Part shown: piece after piece, positions 50,308-58,210 of the stretch
Numbering within the stretch: position 1 is the stretch's first letter
Layout: each line of letters begins with the position of its first letter
Virus record (IMG/VR): IMGVR_UViG_3300037258_000375
Span: 32,001-96,000 of that record
DNA length: 64,000 nt
Origin: a virus
Direction: 5' to 3' (one strand)
Made by a program: the position numbers and the translations under genes
Notes under the pieces: model-generated
The model's database searches: none
What the model saw: only the letters and a program-made list of their open reading frames with translations
Told to the model about the DNA's origin: nothing

Positions 50308-50659
50308 ATGGATGGACAGATCAGCAAGTACGACCGGGTACGCGGCGGTCTTCATAACGTCGCGATGTTTACCAGGGCGAGCACAGTCAAAGACCGTGCA
50401 AGCCATCACCGGCAAGTCAGAAACGTTCGTCGTCGAGACAGCGCGGTTCGAAGACGAGGGAGATACCATCTTCATTGAGGCGCTCGATGAGAATGGCCTC
50501 ACACGGCTCGCACTTCCACCAAAGGTTGCTGCGCTCATTGCTTCCCAGCGTGACAGTTTGACGGCGCGCCGCCGCTCGAAGGCCGCACAGCGAATTGCCC
50601 AGGAGCGCAAGGACCGAGGTGAGCTACCAGGGTTCATGCGCAAGAAGAGTACTGAATAA
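50308..50659 (+). pseudogene. hypothetical gene split by a +1 frameshift at ~50388-50392
   Basis: GGAGG-ATG ORF MDGQISKY..STVK continues as TVQAITGK.. in another frame after GTCAAAGACC. Confidence 0.6.
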
Positions 50660-50701
50660 AAGTACCGTTGCCTCCCCCCAAAAGCGCGGTATCATGGGCG
50701 C

Positions 50702-51238
50702 ATGACAAACATTGAAGAAAAGGCGATGGTGTTTGCCACGCGAGCCCACAGAGGGCAGTTGAGAAAGTATACGAACGATCCGTACATTGTGCATCCACTG
50801 ACGGTCGCGGAGATCGTACGCGCCGTTCCCAACCACACAGAAGAGATGATCGCCGCCGCGTGGCTGCACGATGTCAAGGAAGATTGCGGCGTTCAACTGC
50901 CGGAGATCGCGGTAGAGTTCGGCTGGCCGGTCGCCACCATGGTTGATGAACTCAGCGACGTCTCGACCCACTTCGATGGCAACAGGAAGGCACGGAAGGC
51001 CATCGATCTACGACACACAGCGAAGGCGTCTCCGCAGAGCAAGACGATCAAGCTGGCCGACCTCATCGACAACACATCGAGCATCGTGCAATTCGACCCG
51101 AAGTTTGCGAAGGTCTACCTGCCGGAGAAGCTGGCCCTTCTCGAAGTGCTCAAGGATGGCGATTCCGAACTCTGGAAACGAGCCTACAGGTTGGCGCGGA
51201 GAAACGTCTCCCACACCGCGATGTTCTCCAGCCGATAA
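50702..51238 (+). CDS. HD-domain small alarmone hydrolase (SpoT/MESH1-like)
   Basis: AH.GQ.RK...PYIVHP, AAWLHDV.ED, IKLADLIDN. Confidence 0.85.
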   Translation: MTNIEEKAMVFATRAHRGQLRKYTNDPYIVHPLTVAEIVRAVPNHTEEMIAAAWLHDVKEDCGVQLPEIAVEFGWPVATMVDELSDVSTHFDGNRKARKAIDLRHTAKASPQSKTIKLADLIDNTSSIVQFDPKFAKVYLPEKLALLEVLKDGDSELWKRAYRLARRNVSHTAMFSSR

Positions 51239-51495
51239 CGCCGCCTCTGCCTGGAGCCTGGGACGAACCCCACGGCGCGCACGTCCAGGCCGTAAGCTCG
51301 GCATCGAGTGACCGAGTCGGCTCCCTGGAAGTCACCGAGAATCTCTGCGATCTGCGTGGACACCACCGCATCGTTGCTTCTGAAAAGCTCGATGAGCACA
51401 GGAAGAGAACTCTCCACGGACTGCTTCATGCTTCCCTCAAAAAAAGGGCTGCGGGGATTGGCCCCGCAGCGAAGTTGATCGGTGTTGTTGTAATA

Positions 51496-51786
51496 CTAGA
51501 TCGACTCGCCAAGGTCTGCCAACTCCTTGTCGATCTGCGCGCGCTTCTCCTGAGCAGTCTTAAGGCTCTCGCGCTCTGACTTCAACTGACGAATACGCGT
51601 CGCACGACGGTCTTCCATACGTGAAGAAATCTCACGGGAAATGGTATTCAGGTTATCGGAAACGTACTCCGGAACCGTGACCTTCTGTGCCTCGAACTCG
51701 CTACGAAGCTGCTTACCGAATGCTGACAGTGCGACAAGCTCATCGATGTCAGACTCTACATTGAAGTTCTTGAAATCCTGAAGCAT
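51496..51786 (-). CDS. helical protein downstream of Ro60
   Basis: AAAGGAGG RBS; frame also open from 51903. Confidence 0.65.
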   Translation of the reverse strand: MLQDFKNFNVESDIDELVALSAFGKQLRSEFEAQKVTVPEYVSDNLNTISREISSRMEDRRATRIRQLKSERESLKTAQEKRAQIDKELADLGESI

Positions 51787-51899
51787 GGTCTTCCTCCTTT
51801 CCGCGATCCTCTGCTTCGAGAGATCGACAAAGATATTCTTCTTCGGAACCCTATTGCGGCTCGGGTTCTCATGCTTCTTGTTGTGGTAGTTCACTGCCA

Positions 51900-53408
51900 T
51901 CACACACCTACCAGTTCCGTATCCTTCAGCACATCGCTGAGCGACTTCAACGGCGTCGCCATGATCTCGTCAACGAGGCTGTACTGGTTCGACCGCATCG
52001 TCTGCACAAGGTTCGGGATCGCATAATAGTCCGTCTTGCCGTCGCGAAGATCGAACGTCTGCATCTCGATACCCAGTGCATTCATGCGGTAGCTCAAGTT
52101 ATCTGTACCGCCAGCGCAGTGGTAGAAGTAGACCGGCACGTCCTTATCCACGAACGTCGCATACTTCTTATACACATCCGGGAAGTGAGGTGCCCTATTC
52201 TCCTCGCCGTCCGACACGATGGCAATGCCGTCAACCGCGATCTTCTCCGCCAGCATCCGATTCAGACCGCAACCGATGGACGTCGCCGAGCCAGTCTTGA
52301 TGTGCTTCGTCGCGGCGATGACCTGATCCAGCGAGCAACCGGTGACATCTACAGTCATCGGAGTTTCGTCGAAGAACACGAGATACACCTTGCCCTTCAC
52401 GAACTGCGCCAGAGACGCCGCCACATGCTTACCGAACTCGATGCTCTTCTCCATGCTCGGGCTGCGATCCACCAGCACAAGCCAATCGCCAGCCGGACCG
52501 CCAGCCTTCGCGATCTGCTTCGCCTGCAAGCCGCGCAGCTTCTCCTTCAGGCCCTCATCCGTGACGCCCTCGACTGCCTGGGTCGTCTTGAGCGTGTTCT
52601 GCGTAGACGTTGCCGCCTTCTGAAGTGCCTGCTCAAGCGCACCACGCAAAGCTGGGTTGGTCTTGACGCCGAGCTTCTCCAACATCTTCATGCTGGTCGC
52701 TAACTCGGTTGCCGTCATTTGGCCGATGAGGGCCAACACAAGGTCCGGCTCCTTCGCCTTCGCACCAAGAGCACCCGCAGCGATCAAGAACGGCACCTTG
52801 AACCTGATGATTGCGCCCGCCGCCTCAACCGGAGACATGTCCTTGAGGTGTGCCACTGCTTCGAAGACAGAGCCCTTCGGCAAAGCCAGCTTGGTCACAA
52901 CCACGGTACCGTCGATCTTCTCCTTCCACTGGCCGGAGATGACCGCAGCGACGCGGCGGTTACCAGGACCGGTACGTGAGAGCGCGTACAGCGCCTTGAG
53001 CACGCTGCGGTGCTGGATCGCGATGTGATCCCAGTTCCGTGACTCTTCCTTCTGCCGGAGATAGGCGCGAATCACGCGATCCATCTGCGACATCTTGCCC
53101 TTCGGACGAATCTCACGCACGAAATCGAAGGCGCGGCGCAACTCACGCGGGCCGAGCGCAGCCATGTGCGCGACGCTGTTGTCGAGTAATTCGAGATCAC
53201 TCTCGAACGCGAGGCCGAGAACCGGCAACGCGACCTTGCTGTCACGAATCTGACCATGCCGCGCGTTCCAGGCGATCAAATGCTGGAAGAACTCGCCATC
53301 CTGCGCAATGGCCTGCTTGCCAACCTCGACATACTCGCCGAGCTTGCCGTGAGGAGACTTACTCAACTCGCTAAAAACCTTGGAGCGCGTTAAACCCTGC
53401 TTCTCCAT
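51900..53408 (-). CDS. Ro60/TROVE-like RNA-binding protein with C-terminal vWA domain
   Basis: About 500 aa; helical N-terminal region then LVLVDRSPSM, T..GC, IVSDGEEN; adjacent tRNA-mimic RNA array. Confidence 0.75.
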   Translation of the reverse strand: MEKQGLTRSKVFSELSKSPHGKLGEYVEVGKQAIAQDGEFFQHLIAWNARHGQIRDSKVALPVLGLAFESDLELLDNSVAHMAALGPRELRRAFDFVREIRPKGKMSQMDRVIRAYLRQKEESRNWDHIAIQHRSVLKALYALSRTGPGNRRVAAVISGQWKEKIDGTVVVTKLALPKGSVFEAVAHLKDMSPVEAAGAIIRFKVPFLIAAGALGAKAKEPDLVLALIGQMTATELATSMKMLEKLGVKTNPALRGALEQALQKAATSTQNTLKTTQAVEGVTDEGLKEKLRGLQAKQIAKAGGPAGDWLVLVDRSPSMEKSIEFGKHVAASLAQFVKGKVYLVFFDETPMTVDVTGCSLDQVIAATKHIKTGSATSIGCGLNRMLAEKIAVDGIAIVSDGEENRAPHFPDVYKKYATFVDKDVPVYFYHCAGGTDNLSYRMNALGIEMQTFDLRDGKTDYYAIPNLVQTMRSNQYSLVDEIMATPLKSLSDVLKDTELVGV

Positions 53409-53437
53409 AGTGTCACCGTCTCTTTCAGTTGTGGTAG

Positions 53438-53989
53438 TTATGGGAGTGTACGAGTTCTGAGATATTCGAGAAGGTCGATATAGCTGATCTTCTTCAACTG
53501 GCACCACGCCACCGCCGACATACCACCTTTGTCTTTGTTGCATTTTCGGCACGCAGACAGGTAGTTACTCGGATCATTCAAGCCGCCCATCTCCAACGGA
53601 TTGAAGTGGTCAATGGTCAATTGAACCTTGCCCATCGGCAGACTACAGTACACACATTTACAGCCGTCAGCCATCCATACTTTCTGCTGGACGGCACCGG
53701 AAATGTCGTAGCGTAGCTTCCGATGGAAAATCTTCTCCATCGAGCCTTGGACAAGAATCTCAGGATCGTCCGATCTCTGGAGCCAGTCCGACCATTCTTC
53801 GGTGGTAAGAATTCGAACTGACGCTACAGTAGAAAGACCACGCGCGTTCGGCAATAAGAACACGGCTTGCGCGCCTTCGCCGCCGATCACGACACCTTCA
53901 ATTTTGAGGATGGAGCCTACGTCGCCGTGGAGAGCGGGACGATGGCGCAATTCTAGCTGATAAAATCTTGAGTCACTCGCCATCGTCAT
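53438..53989 (-). CDS. HNH nuclease with N-terminal extension
   Basis: C.YC, LTIDHF.P...GG.....NYLSAC..CN..KG. Confidence 0.8.
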   Translation of the reverse strand: MTMASDSRFYQLELRHRPALHGDVGSILKIEGVVIGGEGAQAVFLLPNARGLSTVASVRILTTEEWSDWLQRSDDPEILVQGSMEKIFHRKLRYDISGAVQQKVWMADGCKCVYCSLPMGKVQLTIDHFNPLEMGGLNDPSNYLSACRKCNKDKGGMSAVAWCQLKKISYIDLLEYLRTRTLP

Positions 53990-54007
53990 CCCCCCGGATC
54001 GAACTTA

Positions 54008-54141
54008 CGTGCTGTAGTCGATATGGCTTAGATTTTGCAGAGCCTTTCGGCCCGCGCCCCCCGTATATGAAGCCGGTATGGTGGTGGAAGGGGCCGGGGT
54101 TTCCCCCGGAACAAGATCATGTACCCATGTCAGTCAGCACG
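54008..54141 (-). ncRNA. Y-RNA-like unit G
   Basis: GCTGACTG..GGTACATG ... CGACTACAGC terminal stem. Confidence 0.7.
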
Positions 54142-54356
54142 AACTTAATGCAGCGGCCAAGGAGGCAATTCGTAGCGGTAAAACCTGCTGTTGAGCTTCA
54201 GAGAGTCACTCGGCTCCGCTACACCCTTCTATTCCAGCCTCGGTAGGTCACCCCGCCGCTGCAAAACAAACTTGATCGCGGTACCTTCTATGGCTCTCGA
54301 AGAGTACCTGTTTGGGATCGCATCCTTCTAAAGCCTTCCCTCGGGCACCGCGAACT

Positions 54357-54470
54357 TGGCTGGGGAACTCGGTTACGAGCCGAGAGCCTTCTTGCGAAGG
54401 CGCAAAGACATGTATCCAAGTCAGTCGGCAGTAACGCCGTAGTCGATCTGGAACTTCTTCAGTTCCCCAG
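54357..54470 (-). ncRNA. Y-RNA-like unit F (permuted; acceptor stem plus CCA)
   Basis: TGGGGAA/TTCCCCA-GCCA ends; internal CGACTACGGC-loop-GCCGACTG..TACATG. Confidence 0.7.
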
Positions 54471-54547
54471 TAAAACTTGCTGGCGGGAGTTGCCTCGGCA
54501 CCTTCCACTCCCGGATCGCCTCGCGGCTGTCGAGCCAGCTAAATTAT

Positions 54548-54664
54548 TGGGGGCGGGTCTTGGATTCGAACCAAGATGCTCAGTTGATGAGACTTCGCTT
54601 TGCCATGTACCCGAATCTGTCAGCGTTTCCGCTGTAGTCGCTCCGGATTGTTTCATAACCCGCC
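54548..54664 (-). ncRNA. Y-RNA-like unit E (permuted; acceptor stem, T-arm, CCA)
   Basis: GGCGGGT/ACCCGCC-CCCA ends; CGACTACAGCG-GAAA-CGCTGACAG..GGTACATG; GGTTCGAATCC. Confidence 0.75.
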
Positions 54665-54673
54665 CCAACTTAC

Positions 54674-54796
54674 TGACCTGTAGTCGAAGTGCTATTCCCT
54701 TTCGGGAACGGAGTTGGAATTGAACCAACAACCTTCTGCTTAAGAGGCAGATGCTCTACCAAGTGAGCTATCCATGTAAGCACTTCAGTCAGGCCA
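54674..54796 (-). ncRNA. Y-RNA-like unit D carrying tRNA-Lys(CTT)-like D, anticodon and T arms
   Basis: CCTGACTG..CTTACATG, TAGCTCA..GGTAGAGC, CTCTTAA, GGTTCAATTCC, CGACTACAGG. Confidence 0.78.
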
Positions 54797-54809
54797 TTCT
54801 CAAACTTAC

Positions 54810-54946
54810 TGGGCTGTAGTCGATCTGCTTGTGTTGCTAAGCGCTCTACCACTGAGCTAATCCCGCATAAAATTATGGGGCGGGATGAAGGATTCGAACC
54901 TCCGACCTCTGCCTTGGAAGGGCATGTAAGCAAATCAGTCAGCCCA
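54810..54946 (-). ncRNA. Y-RNA-like unit C carrying a circularly permuted tRNA-Gly(TCC)-like domain
   Basis: GCTGACTG..CTTACATG, CTTCCAA, T-arm, acceptor 3' strand+CCA, loop, acceptor 5' strand, D-arm, CGACTACAGC. Confidence 0.8.
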
Positions 54947-54953
54947 TACTTAC

Positions 54954-55029
54954 TGGCTTGTAGTCGTTCCGCATTGCCTTTCGGCGTGTTCGTGTTCAAA
55001 GCGATCATGTATGCGAAACAGTCAAGCCA
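54954..55029 (-). ncRNA. Y-RNA-like unit B (minimal)
   Basis: GCTTGACTG..ATACATG ... CGACTACAAGC. Confidence 0.7.
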
Positions 55030-55042
55030 TACTCAAAATTTC

Positions 55043-55159
55043 TCCGCTGTAGTCGTCTGGCAACCCCTTGCGGGGACACGGTCGGATTTGAACCGACTGC
55101 TTTTCATCCAAATTGAAATGTGGGACCAACCCACACATGTAAGCCAAACAGTCAGCGGA
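55043..55159 (-). ncRNA. Y-RNA-like unit A with T-arm
   Basis: GCTGACTG..CTTACATG, GGTTCAAATCC, CGACTACAGC; promoter TTGCGC-N17-TAAGGT upstream. Confidence 0.72.
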
Positions 55160-55196
55160 AACTCAAACTCAACTTCACAACCTTACCACAACCCTG

Positions 55197-55862
55197 TCAT
55201 GCGCGCAATTTCTTTTTCTGCGCCGATCTATGGAGGGGCCGGAGGGAGTCGAACCCACGACCTGTTGATTCGTAGTCAACCGCTCTATCCGTCTGAGCTA
55301 CGGCCCCGTGGTCGGGACTGTGGGATTCGAACCCACGACCACCTGTTCCCAAAACAGGAGCGCTACCTGACCGCGCCCAGTCCCGATACTCTAAGTCTTG
55401 GTCGGGGAGAGGGGATTCGAACCCCTGCATAGCCGAGCTACCTGCCCTTTGGTACGCGCCCAAGGATTCGAACCTCGGACCTCCGTCAGACTGCAACGGC
55501 GCTCTGACCACTGAGCTAGGCGCGTATGAAACATTCTTCTCACTCCACAGTTTATAGTTCTGCAAGACCGCGCGCTGTTCCTCATCGAGGGGCACGGTCA
55601 CGACCGCTGTGAGACCAAGGTCATTGTCCGGCTCATAGAAAGCGGACGCATCGATGTGATGCAGCTTGAGCTTGGCAATGACTCTTTCGAGAGCTTTTTT
55701 GTTGGGGACGCCGATCAACACGAGGGACGGAACAAGATCATCCACACTCTGTGAAAGTGTGTAGGCCATCTCAAATGTCGCATGATTGGTCTGAATGATC
55801 TGCTGCGCCAAGGTCAGGTCTTGGCGGACGAACAAGAAGTAGTATGGATTCCCCTAATGCAT
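55197..55862 (-). CDS. peptidyl-tRNA hydrolase (Pth2-like), TAG at codon 3, frame runs through tRNAs
   Basis: YYFLFVRQDL..Q...Q..HA, F.EPD...LTA, L..YKLW; ATG CAT TAG in frame. Confidence 0.7.
55231..55307 (-). tRNA. tRNA-Arg(ACG)
   Basis: Loop CTACGAA, CCA. Confidence 0.92.
55309..55385 (-). tRNA. tRNA-Pro(TGG)
   Basis: Loop TTTGGGA, CCA. Confidence 0.92.
55399..55447 (-). pseudogene. tRNA-Pro-like remnant lacking the anticodon arm
   Basis: T-arm and CCCCGACCA end present; about 49 nt. Confidence 0.55.
55450..55525 (-). ncRNA. tRNA-like RNA with non-canonical anticodon loop
   Basis: Intact acceptor, D and T arms and CCA; loop GCAGTCT lacks U33/R37. Confidence 0.7.
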
Positions 55863-56157
55863 GTGAGTATCTTTCACCTGTTCTAAAATTTTGTCAAGGG
55901 GAATTTTCTAAACACGCCCTCATGAATCACATCTAGCTGGTAGCAAGTGATACCTATTTGTCTCGCTTTCACTTTCATGATGAGGGTTCGGCTGTTGGAA
56001 TCCCATTCTCCGACATCGATGCCGATGACGTACTTACTTGGAGGCGGGAGCGTGACCATGCCCGCACTCACCGGTTCCAATGCCGCGACAGCAGCCAAGG
56101 GCGCGAGAGCTTTCGCGCCAGCAAGACCAGCTATCGATCTGAGAAAGCCGCGCCGAT

Positions 56158-56397
56158 TCACGACGACATCCCAATTCCTACTCTCACATCGGGCAGTTTG
56201 CGCAAATTCTCAGCAGCATTCACGGCCTGCGCAGCGTCCTCGTAGCGGAAGACAAGATCACGGGTATAAGTGCCCGAGAGCATACAGCCGGAGTCACACT
56301 TCACTGGGCCATCAGGCACGTAACCGGCAGCTACGAAGATCGCTTCATCGGTCGCACTCTTGATGCCGCCGTCGTACTCGACAATTACGTTGTGCAT
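56158..56397 (-). CDS. hypothetical protein
   Basis: GGGAG RBS; DSGC..TRDL.F. Confidence 0.5.
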   Translation of the reverse strand: MHNVIVEYDGGIKSATDEAIFVAAGYVPDGPVKCDSGCMLSGTYTRDLVFRYEDAAQAVNAAENLRKLPDVRVGIGMSS

Positions 56398-56415
56398 GAA
56401 GACTCCCGGAGAGAT

Positions 56416-56490
56416 TGGTAGAGCGTGCGGGACTCGAACCCGCGTCTTAGCCTTGAAAGAGCCATGTCCTAGCCGCTAGACGAACACTCC
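56416..56490 (-). tRNA. tRNA-Glu(TTC)
   Basis: Loop CTTTCAA, CCA. Confidence 0.9.
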
Positions 56491-56696
56491 ACAACTTACT
56501 CTTCTTTGTTTAAGGCATCAAGCGCCTTCGACGGAGCCTGCTTGATCCTCAAACGGAATCTGCACCATGCCTCGAATGCGCTACCGGCCATCAGCATAAT
56601 AAACTCGGCACCGATGCAGATGAACATCAAATCAATGAGGCCGTTAAAGAGCCATTTCTGGAAATAAGATACGTCCATGCTTCACCCCCGTGAACT

Positions 56697-56771
56697 TGGT
56701 AGGGAGTACGGGAATCGAACCCGTGTGGCAAGATTGAGAATCTTGCATCCTAGCCGCTAGATGAACTCCCC
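56697..56771 (-). tRNA. tRNA-Glu(CTC)
   Basis: Loop TTCTCAA, CCA. Confidence 0.9.
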
Positions 56772-56994
56772 AAAAATCAGGCAGAACCAGTATATCCCGA
56801 ACCTGCACTTGTAATCACAACGGAAGCAATCCGGCCATTCGCATTGAGGGTTACCTCGGTCCCAACCCGGCGAGCCTCCCAGGCACGAGCCGATCTCAGA
56901 AAGATATTCCGGATCAGAGCCGCTTTCCGCCGCCTCTGAATCCGCGCCAAGACCTTCTTGCGCTTGTGCTTCTTTTTGCGATTCTCGGGCATAA

Positions 56995-57348
56995 AAATCG
57001 AGGCCGGGTATTGCTTTGCATGGAACCCGGCGAACCACGGATAGCTGTTTTTAGGCAGCCATCGGCAACGCATTATCCTCAGCGTTTATTGGTCTGCATC
57101 CCTTTTGCGGGCGGTAGCAGGGTTCCCGGCACGAAGCTGGAGTTCATTGATCTCGTCGAAACCTTGACGCCCCCACCAAGAAACACTGATTGAGAAATGT
57201 CTAGCCTGTCCACGAAGCTTTTTGACCAGCTTCGCCCTCGTAGCGCCGGAATCGAACCGACGACGCAATTAGTGCTTCTTGGTGGAGGCGGCGGGAGTCG
57301 AACCCGCGTCCGAAATCAACTTCCTTCAGTGTTGACGTGCGTAACTCA
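56995..57348 (-). ncRNA. ssrA: circularly permuted (two-piece) tmRNA; tag (A)AEDNALPMAA
   Basis: Acceptor piece ..GGACGCGGGTTCGACTCCCGCCGCCTCCACCA (to 57280) precedes coding piece GGGGGCG..TTTCGAC (from 57174); G3:U70; tag ORF 57083-57051. Confidence 0.85.
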
Positions 57349-57373
57349 AATACTGCTCTCCTTTTCTTGAAAA

Positions 57374-57916
57374 TCATTGGACTTGAATATACACCGTCTT
57401 GTCTTCTGACGGGACGATTAAAAAGCTCCGGTCTGGTAAATCCGGAATCCCATGGATCAATCGCTGTCGTAGGGATTCGTGATGTACCCCATAATTCTTA
57501 GCTACCGACCGCATGGACTCACCAGACCTGATCCGCTCTCTCGCGATAGCAAGCTGGTCTTCTGAAAATCTCCTGGTCACCTCGCGTCTTCTGCGCCCAC
57601 GCGCCGGGTCATACGAGGTAATCGCTTTATCTATCTGCGATTGGCGACGAATCGACATCAATGGCCTGAGCAACTGCATCATCTGCAATATCCTCAAGCC
57701 GCCAATGTTGACAACCCAGGAATCTTTCCACTGAGGCTTACGCTTTTTCTTTCGAACTTTGTGATACTTCGCGTTTAACAACCTTGCGATTCGCGCGATC
57801 ACATCTTCATCTGTCATATTGCATGATATGCGTGGGCAATTTGGCTTAGAAGGAGGGCTACATAGAAATGACCCCTCCCCTTCAAGAATGCCAGCAAGCC
57901 AATGAAGATCATGCAT
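57374..57916 (-). CDS. LAGLIDADG endonuclease with C-terminal HTH
   Basis: WLAGILEGEGSF, MTDEDVI, PLMS.RR..QI, SMRSVAKNYGV. Confidence 0.82.
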   Translation of the reverse strand: MHDLHWLAGILEGEGSFLCSPPSKPNCPRISCNMTDEDVIARIARLLNAKYHKVRKKKRKPQWKDSWVVNIGGLRILQMMQLLRPLMSIRRQSQIDKAITSYDPARGRRRREVTRRFSEDQLAIARERIRSGESMRSVAKNYGVHHESLRQRLIHGIPDLPDRSFLIVPSEDKTVYIQVQ

Positions 57917-57924
57917 CAAAATTA

Positions 57925-58000
57925 TGGCGCGACCGACCGGGGTTGAACCGGCGACCTCTTGATCGACAATCAAGCGCTTTTCCATCTAAGCTACGGTCGC
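57925..58000 (-). tRNA. tRNA-Asp(GTC)
   Basis: Loop TTGTCGA, GCCA. Confidence 0.9.
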
Positions 58001-58097
58001 GTGTGCCCAAATAGGTTCAAGCTTTCGCCGCTCCAATATGCGTTCGCGGAAACGCCTAAGCGCTCCAGACCCTACTAGCATTACCCTTGGGCTTAAT

Positions 58098-58174
58098 TGG
58101 TTGCGGGCGCACGCTCCGACCGTGCCGATGTGGTGGTTATGAGCCACCCGAGACGCCTTTTCTCCATGCCCGCG
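58098..58174 (-). tRNA. initiator-type tRNA-fMet(CAT)
   Basis: C1:A72 mismatch, loop CTCATAA, atypical T-loop; promoter TTGCGC-N17-TACATT. Confidence 0.75.
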
Positions 58175-58210
58175 TTTCATAATGTACCACGGAATGGGAA
58201 TGCGCGCAAA

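Noticed and set aside
54674-54946. Ordinary tRNA-Lys and tRNA-Gly genes
   Set aside because: Unit D lacks an acceptor stem and CCA, and unit C has its halves in permuted order; both are embedded in the shared Y-like helix.
54008-55159. CRISPR array
   Set aside because: The repeated motifs are bipartite, pair with each other, co-vary and enclose tRNA-like arms; there are no identical direct repeats with uniform spacers and no cas genes.
55854-55856. Genome-wide amber recoding
   Set aside because: Many intact genes end in TAG (e.g. 1586, 13120, 27376), coding density is high in code 11, and no CTA-anticodon tRNA was found.
57175-57279. Suppressor tRNA in the tmRNA intervening segment
   Set aside because: Only a T-loop-like hairpin is present; no acceptor stem, D-arm or canonical 7-nt anticodon loop.
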